Shown here: in pieces, positions 1 through 26,573 of the stretch
Position numbering within the stretch: the first letter of the stretch is position 1
Layout of the letters: every line of letters begins with the position of its first letter
Assembly (NCBI GenBank): GCA_964016885.1
Contig: CAXHJY010001767.1
Span: forward strand, 1-64,000
Length of the DNA stretch: 64,000 nt
Direction: 5' to 3'
DNA from: Eledone cirrhosa
Lineage: Eukaryota
Position numbers and translations under genes: made by a program
Notes under the pieces: generated by a model
Databases searched by the model: none
What the model was told of the DNA's origin: nothing
Seen by the model: only the letters and a program-made list of their open reading frames with translations

Positions 1-684
1 AGACACTGTACCAACACCACATTGACCACTGGTCACTCTCAATAACCAGACACTGTACCACCAACACCACACTGACCACTCTCAATAACCAGACACTGTA
101 CCAACACCACACTGACCACTGGTCACTCTCAATAACCAGACACTGACACACTGGTCACTGTCAATAACCAGACACTGTACCATCAACACACTGACCACTG
201 GTCACTCAATAACCAGACACTGTACCACCAACACCACACTGACCACTGGTCACTGTCAATAACCAGACACTGTACCACCAACACCACACTGACCACTGGT
301 CACTGTCAATAACCAGACACTGTACCACCACACCACACTGACCACTGGTCACTGTCAATAACCAGACACTGTACCACCACAACCACACTGACCACTGGTC
401 ACTGTCAATAACCAGACACTGTACCACCACACTGACCAGTGTTCACTGTCAATAACCAGACACTGTACCACCACACCACACTGACCACTGGTCACTGTCA
501 ATAACCAGACACTGTACCACCACACCACACTGACCACTGGTCACTGTCAATAACCAGACACTGTACCACCACACTGACCACTGGTCACTGTCAATAACCA
601 GACACTGTACCACCACACTGACCACTGGTCACTGTCAATAACCAGACACTGTACCACCAACACCACACTGACCACTGGTCACTC
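1..684. repeat. ~50-bp tandem minisatellite (aataaccagacactgtaccaccaacaccacactgaccactggtcactgtc)
   Basis: About 14 near-identical units visible, each with an internal tgacca-c-tggtca inverted repeat; the array runs off the window start. Confidence 0.95.
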
Positions 685-938
685 ATTAATAGCCACAATA
701 AGTACATCTATCTTGGGTAGCAACAGTTTCTATATTGGAACTTACTTGCTCTGGCCAATTTCTTGGTCTCAGTGAAAGAGGAGTTTTCTAATGAGTGTGT
801 ATGTGTGTGTGTGTGAGAGAGAGAGTGTGTGTATGTGTCTGTATGTAAGTATTTGTGACATTTTATATACTGATGTTTAGCTAAAAGTCTATAGCTCTGT
901 GTGTATATATACATATATATGTATGTATACGTGTATAC

Positions 939-975
<37 letters not shown>

Positions 976-1174
976 CATATATATTATATATATATATATA
1001 TATATTCAATATATATACATGTATACATACACCCACACTCACACATATGTATGCATAAACACATGTATATATATATATATACTTATATTTATGTGTATCT
1101 AAATGTGTAACATAATACATATGCTGACACTATCTCAGATAAAGTTACACACTGACACGTATGTATACACATGC

Positions 1175-1398
1175 ACACATACATGTAAATCTATATGTCC
1201 CTCTCTCTATATATATACATACATGTAAATCTATATGTCTATATATACATTATATCTATATATAAATATATATACATACATGTAAATCTATATGTCTATA
1301 TATACATATATATATAGAGACAGACATATAGATTTACATGTATATATAGACATATAGATTTACATGTATGTATATATATATATATAGACATATAGATT

Positions 1399-1464
<66 letters not shown>

Positions 1465-1562
1465 TATAGATTAACATTTATATATATATATATATATATA
1501 TAGACTTACATACATAGAGTTACATGTATGTATATATATTTATATATATAGACATATAGATT

Positions 1563-1630
<68 letters not shown>

Positions 1631-1638
1631 TATAGATT

Positions 1639-1698
<60 letters not shown>

Positions 1699-1720
1699 CA
1701 CATACATGTAAATCTACGTC
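1175..1720. repeat. Compound (TA)n minisatellite with tacatgtaaatctatatgtc motif in both orientations
   Basis: Motif forward at ~1180-1300, reverse complement (gacatatagatttacatgta) at ~1323-1645, forward again at ~1703. Confidence 0.8.
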
Positions 1721-1838
1721 TCTCTCGGTATATATATAGGTATTGAAGTTTCCGTTGAAAACAGAAAAAGTCATAGGAGTGAAGACACATTATACATATA
1801 TATATACACACATTATATATATATATATATACACACAT

Positions 1839-1871
<33 letters not shown>

Positions 1872-2428
1872 TATATATATATATATACAGAATGTCTGTT
1901 AATCAATGAGATTAATATGTGTGAATGTATATTTATGTATCTCTCTCTCTATATATATATACACATATGTTTGTATATATGTAGTTTTTGTGTGTATGTG
2001 TGTATGTATCTATGCATACATATTTTCAAGAGTGTGCAAGGATGCATATGTATAAATGTGTATTTTTGTGTATGTTAGTAGATGTGTGTGTTTATGTGTG
2101 TCTAAATGACTGTGTGTGTGTGTGTATGTATGTGTAAGTGTATATAAATATTAAAGTACGTTAGTGTGTCTGTCTGTGTGTATATATATGTAAATGTTTG
2201 TGTTTGAATGTGTGTATTTCAAAAAATATGTGTGTGTCGATCGTTTTCTGTGTATATGTAAGTCTATGAGTGTGTCTGTGTATATATGTATCGTGTGCAA
2301 ATGTCTATATGTATAAGTATCTATCTGTGTGTGTGTCTGTGTATATATATGTATCGTGTGCAAATGTCTATATGTATAAGTATCTATTTATCTGTGTGTC
2401 TGTGTATATGTATGGTATCTTTCTCTCT

Positions 2429-2658
<230 letters not shown>

Positions 2659-2729
2659 AGTATCTATCTGTCTATGTGTAAGTTAGTGTATATATGTGTG
2701 GTGTGCAAATGTCTATGTGTATACGTATT

Positions 2730-2785
<56 letters not shown>

Positions 2786-3117
2786 CATACGATGGAGTGC
2801 AAATATCTATATATCTAAGTATCTATCCGTATATGCGTAAGACTGTGTGTGTGCGTGTGTGCAAATGGCTGTATATAAGTATCAGTGTGTGTATGTGTGT
2901 GTGTGTGTGTGTGGTTGCTAAAATATTTAGAAGTGTTTATTCTTAGCCAGTATAGTCCATTGATCTGTTCCAAGCAATAGGTCATCTATTTTGGACATTC
3001 ACCTTTTGAATTGAATTAGGGACGCAGGCAGCAGCAGCAGCAGCAGCAGCAGCCTGCCACTGAGGAGAAATATATATATACATTTATGTCTTCAAATATC
3101 ACTGATGAATATATATA

Positions 3118-3193
<76 letters not shown>

Positions 3194-3384
3194 CATCACC
3201 ATTTAACGTCTCTTTTCCATGCTTCCATAGGACACACACACCACACACACGTGTGTGTATATATATATATATATATTTTAATATATATACATATATGTAT
3301 ATATATATATCTACATATATGTATATATACATATATATATATGCATATATATATACACGCACAAATACATATATACACATACAT

Positions 3385-3477
<93 letters not shown>

Positions 3478-3659
3478 CACATTTATATATACATACAAAC
3501 ATATATACATATATATATACACACACACATTTATATATACATACACATATATACATATATTTATATATATATGTATGTATATACACATATAACTAGGATG
3601 TTAAATGATGATTATAAAGATATAAATTCACGTAAACATTCATAAACACCCATACACAC

Positions 3660-3693
<34 letters not shown>

Positions 3694-3819
3694 ACAATCA
3701 CACACATATAAATGTATATACATACATGTGTATTTGTTTGATAGTGTGGTCATGTGAGTGCAAGTGTGCGGAGATTGTGTCTGTTATTCATGTGTGATTG
3801 TATTGTTTGATTCCAAGTA

Positions 3820-3873
3820 CATATATATATATACATATATATACATATATATATATATATACATATATATATA

Positions 3874-3910
<37 letters not shown>

Positions 3911-4082
3911 ATATATATATATATATATATATATATACCATATATATACCATATATATATATATATATATACCATATATATATATATACATACCATATAT
4001 ATATATATACATACCATATATATATACATATATATATACCATATATATGTATATATATATACCATATATATATATATACATA

Positions 4083-4117
<35 letters not shown>

Positions 4118-4576
4118 ATATATATATATATACCATATATATATATATACCATATATATATATATATACCATATATATATATATATACCATATATATATA
4201 TATTTACCATATATATATATATATATACCATATATATATTTACCATATATATATATATATATACCATATATATATATATATATATACCATATATATATAT
4301 ATATACCATATATATATATATATACCATATATATATATATATACCATATATATATATATATATACCATATATATATATATATATATTTACCATATATATA
4401 TACCATATATATATATATATATATACCATATATATATATACCATATATATATATATATATACCATATATATATATCATATATATATATATATACCATATA
4501 TATATATACCATATACCATATATATATACATATATATACCATATATATACATATATATACCATATATATATATATA

Positions 4577-4623
<47 letters not shown>

Positions 4624-4721
4624 ATATATACATACATATATATATACATACATATATATATATATATATACCATATATATATATACATATATATATACAT
4701 ACATATATATATATATATATA

Positions 4722-4762
<41 letters not shown>

Positions 4763-4802
4763 ATATATATATATATATATATATATACCATATATATATA
4801 TA

Positions 4803-4847
<45 letters not shown>

Positions 4848-4900
4848 ATATATACATACATATATATATACATAAATATATATATATGTATATATATATG
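3820..4900. repeat. (TA)nCCA compound microsatellite
   Basis: Repeated taccata punctuating TA runs. Confidence 0.95.
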
Positions 4901-5459
4901 TGGGGGGGGGGGATAAGTGTGTATGTATCTATCTGTGTGTGTGTGTGTGTGTGTGTGTGCATGTGTATGTGTAAATATGTAAAGGAGAAGAAATGAGGAG
5001 GGGAAGATTTTTGGCTGTTGAAATGTTGTTAATTAGAATTTGGAGGAAAGAACAACTGTTTAATAGTGGCAGAGGGATGGTGTGGGGTGGGGATGGGGTG
5101 TGGGGGGTGGGGGTGGGGGGGGGGTATGGTGTGGTGTTGTTAGTGTGGTGGTGTGGTGGCGTCTTGTTAGTGGGATGGTGGTGGTGTGGTGTTGTTGGTG
5201 ATGGTGGTGGGATGTTAATAGCGGTGTGGTGTTGTCACTGGTGTGATGTTGGTGGTGGTGTGGTGGTGGTGGTGGTGGTGGTGGTATTGGTGGTGGTGGT
5301 GGTGTTCAGGTTGTTGATGGCATTGTTGGTGTTAGTGTTTTTGGTGTTGCTACTATAGTTGTTGTTGGTGGTGGTGGTGAGGGAGGTGGCTGTTGAAGGT
5401 ATTTCTGTTTACTTGTTAACTTCATCTAATGTCAAATCCAATATCTCCAGGCACTTATA

Positions 5460-6383
5460 CATCATCATCATCACTAGTACCACTACCACTACCACCACCA
5501 CCACCATCACTACCACCACCACCACCACGATCATCACTAGTACCAACACCACCACCATCACCACGATCATCACTAGTACCAACACCACCACCATCACCAC
5601 GATCATCACTAGTACCACCACCACCACCACCACCACCACCACCACCACCACCACCACCACCACGATCATCACTAGTACCAACACCACCACCACCACCACC
5701 ACGATCATCACTAGTACCAACACCACCACCACCACCACCACCACCATCATCACTAGTACCACCACCACCACGATCATCACTAGTACCACCACCACCACCA
5801 CCACCACGATCATCACTAGTACCAACACCACCACCACCACCACCATCACCACGATCATCACTAGTACCAACACCACCACCACCACCACCATCACCACGAT
5901 CATCACTAGTACCAACACCACCACCACCACCACCACCACCAACACCACCACCACCACCACCACCACCACCACCACCACCACCACCACGATCATCACTAGT
6001 ACCAACACCACCACCACCACCACCATCACCACGATCATCACTAGTACCAACACCACCACCACCACCACCACGATCATCACTAGTACCAACACCACCACCA
6101 CCACCACCACCACCACGATCATCACTAGTACCAACACCACCACTACCACCACCACCACCACGATCATCACTAGTACCACCACCACCACCACCACCAACAC
6201 CACCACCACCCTCAACACTAGCACCACGACCACCATCATCATCACTAACACCACCACCATCATCACCACTAACACCACCACCACCATCATCCCCACCCTC
6301 ATATTTACCACCACTAACATCATCATCAACTCTATAGACATTGCACTGTGGCAGTAAGTTACCACCACCACCACCACCACCAC
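5460..6383. repeat. (ACC)n-based minisatellite with acgatcatcactagtaccaac spacer
   Basis: Direct reading; explains the poly-Thr/Pro/Val/Gly ORFs. Confidence 0.95.
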
Positions 6384-6649
6384 TTCTAAATAAGAAATAT
6401 TTCAATTGTATTATTAATGCTCATGGAAAGGCATGAAAACCACAACATTAAACATGTGCTCTACACTATCACATACCACAATATGAAATATGTACTTTAT
6501 ATGAAATAATATGTTATTTTGTATCGAGTGAGACACTACTCCCTAACCTATTTATGAGGGCAGTAGCTCCGTTTAAGTACTAACTTGGTCTGCAATGACC
6601 AATCCAATCCATGCCAGCATGGAAAAGCAGATGTGTGTGTGTATCACTG

Positions 6650-6900
6650 TTTCATGTTTATTTTTCCATGCTAGCATGGGTTAGACAAGTTGTCCCATTG
6701 TGAGATAAGTCAGATCAGGCGACCGTGTCTTGCATATACAGATCGTTTTTCTGGCTTCAGTTCTCTGACTGGATGCCCTTCCTAACACAAACCACATTTA
6801 CAGTGTGAACTGGGTGCTTTTTATCGTGGCACTAAAATGACAATTTTACAGTGTAGACTGGACACTTTTTGTCGTCGCACCAACACAACCATTTTACAGT
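6650..6900 (-). mobile_element. SINE or RTE 3'-tail fragment
   Basis: ttccatgctagcatgggttagac and tggatgcccttcctaacac motifs shared with other copies in the window. Confidence 0.7.
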
Positions 6901-7612
6901 GTGGACTAGACACTTTTTGTTGTGGCACCAGCATGATCGTTTTACAGTGTGGACTGGCTACTTTTTGTTGTCACCAAAAACGACCATTTTTACAGTGTGG
7001 ACTGGACACTTTTTGTTGTCACCATAACGACCATTTTACAGTGTGGACTGGCTACTTTTTGTTGTCACCAAAACGACCATTTTACAGTGTGGACTGGACA
7101 CTTTTTGTTGTCACCAAAACGACCATTTTACAGTGTGGACTGGACACTTTTTGTTGTCACCATAACGACCATTTTACAGTGTGGACTGGCTACTTTTTGT
7201 TGTCACCAAAACGACCATTTTACAGTGTGGACTGGACACTTTTTGTTGTCACCAAAACGACCATTTTACAGTGTGGACTGGACACTTTTTGTTGTCACCA
7301 TAACGACCATTTTACAGTGTGGACTGGACACTTTTTGTTGTCACCAAAACGACCATTTTACAGTGTGGACTGGACACTTTTTGTTGTCACCAAAACGACT
7401 ATTTTACAGTGTGGACTGGACACTTTTTGTTGTCACCAAAACGACCATTTTACAGTGTGGACTGGACACTTTTTGTTATCATCATCATCATCATCATCGT
7501 TTAACGTCTATCTTCCACGCTAGCATGGGTTTAGACAGAACGACTATTTTACAGTGTGGACTGGCTACTTTTTGTTGTGTCACCAAAATGACCATTTTAC
7601 AGTGTGGACTGG
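6840..7612. repeat. 46-bp minisatellite (cattttacagtgtggactggacactttttgttgtcaccaaaacgac)
   Basis: About 15 units; the unit resembles the adjacent SINE internal module catttacagtgtgaactgggtgctttttatcgtggcac. Confidence 0.92.
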
Positions 7613-8609
7613 GGTCTGTAGGATGTTTAAGTGAAAGGTGTAAAAAATACTTTGATCTTGATGGCTCAAGTTGACACCCACTGACCTTCTGTTTCTACAT
7701 GATATCTCTGAATTATTGAATTCCTCAGCAATTCTATATTTGTCTATGCCAACAAATATACATTTTTGTATCTTTACATCTTTCCTGCAACAATTCCACC
7801 ACTATCACTTTGGCAAGATATGGCATTGTTCAGAGATATCTTTTCTACTTGCAAGATAAAAAAATATTATTACTGGTCAATGAATGGCAATATTTTTTTC
7901 TCGTACTATATTTCGTTCAACTTTAGCTCTTGAATCCTCTGTATGTGGTGTTAGATTTAGTTTTAAAGCTTAGCAACATCATATCCTTATAGTCGAGGGA
8001 AAGGGAAGCATTTCCATCTTCATAATATGATTCTGGTGAATTATTATCTGGTCCAGCAAAACAGTTAATATGACATGGCTCTGGAATCAAGTGCACCAGA
8101 AAACCAGTGATGTACCTCTATTTCTATTAACTCTTTTGTTACCATATTTCTCAAGAAATTAGAAGAATTTAGTAATATACTTAACTTTCTTATTTTTAAG
8201 CTGGTCTTCAGAGCATAACCAAGGTTCTTATATAAAGTTATGGAGAGAGGTTTTTAGATAAATATAAACACTTAAAAACAAAAGGTTTTGTATCATAGGA
8301 CCAGGGATAGTTTCAGGTTGGTTCTTAAAGGATTAAAACTGTTGACACCCATACAGATGAGGGAGGGTGTCTCTGAATTGTCAAACTTTTAACTACACTA
8401 CTAAACTATCATCAATATAAATCAGTTTTCAGAAGAAATTATCTTATTCAGATGGGGAATCAATCGACTAGATCCAATATCTCATTCCTTTACCGAGTGG
8501 GGTGGAACTCATCAAATAAGACTGAAGAAATAATGTTTCCATTGGTCTTTCCATTGCTGAAACTATCTACTGGCCAAAAGAACAACATGAAACTATCTAC
8601 TGGCAGAAA

Positions 8610-8727
8610 GAACAACATGAAATAAAATGTCTTGCTAAAGGATATAATGCATTGCCCAGTTACGGAATCAAACTCACAACCTCATGATTGTGAATCCAAT
8701 TCTCTAACCACTAAGTCAAACACCTTT
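8610..8727 (-). mobile_element. tRNA-derived SINE head, degenerate
   Basis: Reverse complement resembles the head at 63527-63646. Confidence 0.7.
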
Positions 8728-10184
8728 GTGGCGGCTTATTCTGATAGTCTTGATAAATTATATACCTTTTGTTCATGTATTCATTCTATTTTGTCCATGA
8801 AAAGAAGATGGAATCCCATTTCCTTGAGGCGTTTGTTCGACATTATCAAGTTGAAAGAACATGGCTGACATATCAGATATTGAGACAACCTTCTTGTGAT
8901 TGGTTCCACTTTTCTTTAACAATCTAATGTATCATGTGATAGGTGAGTTCTCTCTCCCTCTCTCTCTTTACTTAAACCATATATTGAGTTGTGACATTAT
9001 TTATCAAATAAAGTCTTTATATACATATCTATATCCATCACTTCTTACAACAGCCATTATTACACCTACTAACAGAAAAACCACCCTTCAAGTAGTTTTC
9101 TGCTAGCATGTGTAGTGTGTATATTGATATTATACGCAGGTATATATACATGTAGATATGATACATCAAATAAAATCGTAATTGACAATATAAACAGAAA
9201 TTGAACGAAGACTACGTTACACTGTCTTATGTAATCAGTAACGTAATCCATGATACATTAAAACAGACGATATTATATATAAACTGCATTAGGAGAAAAT
9301 TTGTGACAGAAAATTAGTATGTTTATTTAAGTGATCGCCACTGGAAGTGTTGACATCACACACTCTCTCTTTCTATATATATGGTAGTTGAAGTGGTGGT
9401 GGTGGCAACGGTATACCGGAAGTGCAACTTTGAAAAGAAGTCAATTTTAAATTATTTATTTTTACAAAATTATTTTTGTTTACGAAATTTAGTAGATAAA
9501 TTATGTAATATTCATTCATTATTTATTCAAAGTAATCCGACTTATTTTACTAACGGGATAAAAATAAAAAAACCGTACGCAATCCCGCAGACCTTCCTTT
9601 ATTATAGTTTAGATACCATAGAGTGGTGCCAAGCTTCTAGAATGTGATGTTTGTGGTAATATTTCAATTTATTTGTTCTTGCTAACTTTCTCTCGGATTT
9701 TCTTCTATAACTATGCAATATAGAACAAGTGAAAACTAATGACCCAGTTTTCAGCAATGCAACGATACTTCAGTTTGCTGGATGTGACACAGATGAAAAA
9801 ATGATGCACTTCAGGACATCAATGAGCAAATCACGTGAGCACTTCTTCTGCTTTGCTTTTCAGTAGAAACAATAAAATAAGTACCAGTGATATACTGGTA
9901 GAGTCAATTAACTAAATCATTCATTTTCAGAAAAATGTAAATCATGCCAACATATAAATTATTGCTAGGATTAGCAGTTATTAACACTTCAACCTATTGA
10001 ATCAGAAGGTAAATGCTAAGGACCTTTTTCAAGGCTTCTAAGACTGGTGGAAGGGAGAGAGAAAGTATCCTGTAGACAGAATGTGGACCCTGCAAAAAGG
10101 CAACATGGAAATCAGACAGAGCTTTTATAACTGGGGAAATAAATAGACAAATATATATATATTTGTCTAATATAATTATATATC

Positions 10185-10372
10185 GGTGGATTGGCAGTAT
10201 CGGTAGAGGGTCGGATGCCATGCTTTCCAGCATAGTTACGTCCCTTAACGATCTGAGTTCAAATCCCGCTGAGGTTGACTTTGCCTTTCATCCTTACGGG
10301 GTCGATAAAATAAAGTACCAGTAATGCACTGGGTAATTGCTGGCCTTGTGCCAAAAAGTAGAAACAATAATT
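10185..10372 (+). mobile_element. MetaSINE-like SINE
   Basis: A-box-like tggcagtatcggtag, B-box gagttcaaatccc, central gactttgcctttcatccttacggggtcgataaaataaagtaccag, (att)n tail. Confidence 0.8.
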
Positions 10373-10399
10373 ATATATTTCTAACTGCTGGGTGAAGAA

Positions 10400-10580
10400 G
10401 TGCCAAGAAATCCCGATGGAAGGAAGATAAAGTAGAGGAAGACCACAAAAAATATGGGCGGAGGTGGTGAGAGCTTACCGAAGATCATAAGATGACAAAT
10501 GGAGAGATGTTGTGCTGAAGACGACCCATCCCACTCTTGCTGCAAGGAAAAGCGGACATAAAATGATGATGATGATGTTG
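10400..10580 (+). mobile_element. RTE family A 3' fragment
   Basis: Matches 36120-36323 (agaggaagaccac...gggcggaggtggtgag...aaaagcggac...(gat)n). Confidence 0.8.
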
Positions 10581-11288
10581 ATATAAATATAATTATATTA
10601 GGTATGAATTGAAGTTGTATTTGCCATATAGCAGGTACTAATCGAGATGTTTGAAGCAATCACAAAACACTTAATAGAGCGGTATGTTAATACATTACCG
10701 TCTAGAGTAAACACAACAGTTAAAAGTGTGACACCAAGAAAAAGCAGAAGCCATACATATATCACAACAACAATAGATACAGAAATATATATATATATAA
10801 TAAGGGCTTAGATCGATATTCAGTAATTTCGATCTCATTTATATATACAGAGAGGGGATGGGGAGTGAAAGGTAGTAATATATGTAAGAATATGAATATA
10901 ATGAAATATATTAATTGAAAAATATTAATTTGTAGTTTGGCCACCAAACTGTTGTCCTTCAGCCAGAAGTGCTAACTTAGTTTTAGACTTCTCTTTTTAT
11001 CTTTTCTTCTTTACTACACTGGCCAGCATTCTTCCAACACCTTGTTTACTCTCTGGCTGTCGGTGCTAGAAATACTTCTTTGAAGGACAAATCTAATTGG
11101 AAACTCACAGCAAGCTGTATTTAACAGATGCCTCGCTTATCTTCCGACTCAATTAGATGTTCTTAATCCTCCACCTTCCCACTCGCTGTATTTGTTTCCA
11201 TGACAACAGTATGGAATATATCCAAGACCAGAGACTCCTCTGGCTCTCTGTACTTTCTTTCTACTAACAGTTGGCTTTCCTTCTTTGG

Positions 11289-11540
11289 TTTGACTTACCA
11301 TAGTCAATATTGTGTTTGACATACACCAGTTGTTTGACTTACCATAACCAATATTGTGTTTGACATACACCAGTTGTTTGACTTACCATAACCAATATTG
11401 TGTTTGACATACATCACTAGTTTGACTTACCATAACAAATGTTGTGTTTGACATACACCACAACCAATATTGTGTTTGACATACACCACTAGTTTGACTT
11501 ACCATAACCAATATTGTGTTTGACATACACCACTAGTTTG
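11289..11540. repeat. ~44-bp minisatellite (tttgacttaccataaccaatattgtgtttgacatacaccagttg)
   Basis: About 6 tandem units. Confidence 0.9.
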
Positions 11541-11659
11541 GACTAAAAGGTACAATTTCTCACATGGAACACTTTCCTCTAAGTTATCTTTGTCTTATAT
11601 GGAAAAAACTAACTTCTAGTTATGGATATATTAATGTATTACTAGATGGCTAACCGGAG

Positions 11660-11890
11660 TCTTCTTCGTTATCCAACCAGTTTGCTCAGGGTCTACCCCA
11701 GGGTCTCCTGCTGTTTGGTTTTGCTAGTAAAATTTGTCCAGCGATTCTTTCCTGAGACATTCTAACCTCATGTCCATAGTATAGGAGCTGTGATCTCTTA
11801 ATTCAGAGAAGTAGCAGCTCTACCAGGAGTGACTCACTGATCTCCGAGCTTTATCGAGTAATGTTACTCCAAAGACTCTTTGGAGGAATC
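11660..11890 (-). pseudogene. Decayed RTE (Expander/Rex3-like) C-terminal fragment
   Basis: Manual translation gives IKRSQLLYYGHEVRMSQERIAGQILLAKPNSRRPWGRP, resembling RTE C-termini. Confidence 0.6.
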
Positions 11891-12029
11891 CCATTTTGGC
11901 CACTAAGGCAGAGGCCAATTTGTTGAATGTGAAACATGGTTTTACTGCATAAAACAATCATCATCATTATCATCATCTTTAAGCATGTTTCTCGATAACA
12001 TGGGCTGAATATTGTTTATATTGTAAAAG

Positions 12030-12205
12030 TAATTGGTAGAGCATCGGATAACATGCTTCGCGGCATAGTTACAGCCCTTTATGTTCTGAGTTCAAATCCC
12101 ACCGAGGTTAATTTTGCCTTTCATCCTTACGTGGTTAATAAAATTAAGTACCAGTAATACACTGATGTCGATTTAATCAACTTTCTCCTTTCCTTCAAAT
12201 TGCTG
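12030..12205 (+). mobile_element. MetaSINE-like SINE
   Basis: gagttcaaatccc B-box plus ttttgcctttcatccttac...aagtaccag. Confidence 0.75.
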
Positions 12206-12524
12206 CATCAATTGCTATCACGCAGCATTATGTACCACACACAGGTGTCATACAACCTTCCTTTTGTACATATACATAAATGGGCATACTCCTTTCACTG
12301 ATTAAGCAGTAAAAGAAAATGTGTGAAATATGTATTTAGTGTGATAGTTTCATGTATGTTTCTTATTCAACAGTAATGAGTCATTTATATGTAAAACCTT
12401 TTAGATATCAAACCAACATGAGACTAGCCCTGCTTCTACAATACAACATTACAAACTGGTTATATTTATTAAAGAAACCTTCCATCATAATTTTTACAAG
12501 TTTAATAATTCTTTCTTTCCAACA

Positions 12525-12722
12525 TTGGAACATTTCAGGGATGGGGAAGGGGAAAGCCAATTATATTTACCCCAGTACATAACTGGTACTATTTTAATGG
12601 CCGCAGAATGATGAAAGGTGAAGTTGACTTCGGCAGGATTTGAACTCAGAATGTAAAGAGTCAGAACTAATACAGCTAAGTATGTGTCCAACACTCTACT
12701 AGTTCTTTCAATCAGCCACCTT
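12525..12722 (-). mobile_element. MetaSINE-like SINE
   Basis: ctggtact...gatgaaaggtgaagttgac...ggatttgaactcag is the reverse complement of the family consensus. Confidence 0.75.
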
Positions 12723-12748
12723 CAACACCAGCTTCATAATGAGAAAAC

Positions 12749-13111
12749 TACTCTCATAATACGGGGGGGGGGGGGTACACAGGGGGTTGGTGGAAAATCG
12801 GTAATTTTTCTAGGTTGTCTCCGTTAATTTAATAAAAAAAAACAGAATTAGTCGTTTAGTTTACATATTGAGACCCCAACCCATCCTATTTATTTTATAA
12901 CGTGTGGGATTTCTAGTAATGTACTTTTTTTATCATGTATAATGTTTTTTAATGTCTAAAGAAATTAATTATCACAGGAATGCTACCACATAAAATAAAA
13001 TTTCGCCAGAGATAGATGTCAAATTTAATAAGAAGGGGGTTGGAATAAGAGCGAAAGGGGGGTTGAAAAATTAATAAGTGGGGAGGGTCGATTATTTAAG
13101 ACCTGAGAGTA
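12749..13111. mobile_element. Possible MITE
   Basis: Ends tactctca ... tgagagta (8-bp inverted repeat including TA), no ORF, internal taataag repeats. Confidence 0.4.
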
Positions 13112-13490
13112 GACATTTTATTAAGGCCCTCAAATACTTGATTATTTTCAAAATGATTTCAAAATCATAGGCAACTGTTCACTAGAAATGTTGTAATGAA
13201 AAGATTGATATGAAACTGTTATTGACAATACAGTTGAAGGACATTGAGTTAACTATGTTGATTGGGAGCTTTTCTTGATTACTGAATTGACTTTCTATCT
13301 GTGAAACAGAGTCTCTATGATACATGTGTGGAACAGAAGTGAAATGTGAAATCAACAAAGACTAACATGCAAAAAACCTGATTCAGTGGATGTGAAACAT
13401 TCCATTTTTCAACACTTATGCTTCCTTTTACCTTGTAAGCTTCACTAACCACACTAATTCTTTCCCCAGACCACACAATATATATATATA

Positions 13491-13846
13491 TCATCATCAT
13501 CACCTTTTAATGTCCATTTTTCAAGTTAGCATGGGTTAGACGTATTGTCCCTTTTGAGACAAGTCGAGATCAGATAACCATGTCTTGTTCATACAGAACT
13601 GGTTTTCTATTGCTGAATGCCCTCCCTAATACCAACCACATTTACAGTGAGTACTGGGGACTTTTCATTGTGACACCTACACAACCACTTTGCAGTGTGT
13701 ATTGGGTGCTTTTTGTCATGACAACTACACGATCACTTTATAGTGTGGGCTGGCTGTTGTCTGTCATGTCACCTACATGACCACATTATAGTGTGGTCAT
13801 GTAGGTGACTTTATAGTGTGGACTGGGTGCTTGTTGTCATGTCGCC
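13491..13846 (-). mobile_element. SINE or RTE-B tail with internal tandem module expansion
   Basis: (cat)n, gttagcatgggttagacg, tgaatgccctccctaataccaaccac, then 4-5 agtgtg..ctggg..ctttt modules. Confidence 0.7.
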
Positions 13847-13881
<35 letters not shown>

Positions 13882-13952
13882 TATACATCAAGTAAGTACG
13901 TTTTGAAACAGTGAGCAGGTTTGAAATTAGAAAATAGAATAGATTTTGCCGT

Positions 13953-14222
13953 ATTTTAGCCTGATAATAGGGTTTAGAACCCTCAGATAAATGGAAAAAG
14001 ATGAGTATTGACGTACATGGGAGTCGAACCCACATCTTACTTGCCATTTAAACTCGCTAAGAATGTAGCTTCTAATTTGAATGGAAAAAGATGGGTGATG
14101 TGTTGGTGTAATGGTAGCCCAGTGGTCGCGATAACCAAAGATGTGGGTTCGACTCCCATGTATGTCAATACTCATCTTTTTCCATTTATCTGAGGGTCTA
14201 AACCCCATTATCAGGCTAAAAT
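13953..14222. repeat. Fold-back element with ~85-bp inverted arms containing a Pol III B-box
   Basis: 13953-14038 is the near-perfect reverse complement of 14138-14222. Confidence 0.9.
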
Positions 14223-14286
14223 TCCTTTAGTCAAATATATATATATATATGTATAAATATACAGATATATATATATATATATATAT

Positions 14287-14630
14287 GGAGGCACATGGCT
14301 TAGTGGTTAGAGCATTGGCCTTGCAATCGAAAGGTTGTGAGTTCAATTCTCAGACCGGGTGATGTGTTGTTTCCTTGAGCAAGACACTTTATTTCACATT
14401 GCTCCAGTTTACTCAGCTGTAGAAATGAGATGATAGGGACTGGGGTCCATATCATTCCGCTGCAAAGTGGTCGTGGAGGTGCCACGGCAAAAAAGCACCC
14501 AGCACTCACTGTAAATGAGGTTGGTGTTAGGAAGGGCATCCAGCTGTAGAAATCAAGCCAGAATCAGTTCCCGTCCCACCCTTGCAAGCAGGGAAAAGCA
14601 GACGTAAAATGAAATGATGATGATGATGAT
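14287..14630 (+). mobile_element. tRNA-derived SINE with RTE-type 3' tail
   Basis: A-box tggcttagtgg, B-box gagttcaattc, CORE/V-like ccttgagcaagacac, tail matching the RTE-A end plus (gat)n. Confidence 0.9.

Positions 14631-26573
<11,943 letters not shown>

Noticed and set aside
3028-3054. (CAG)n as a polyglutamine exon
   Set aside because: Short, with no supporting ORF or splice context
14287-14360. tRNA gene at SINE heads
   Set aside because: Poor cloverleaf pairing, and the sequence continues into a multi-copy SINE body
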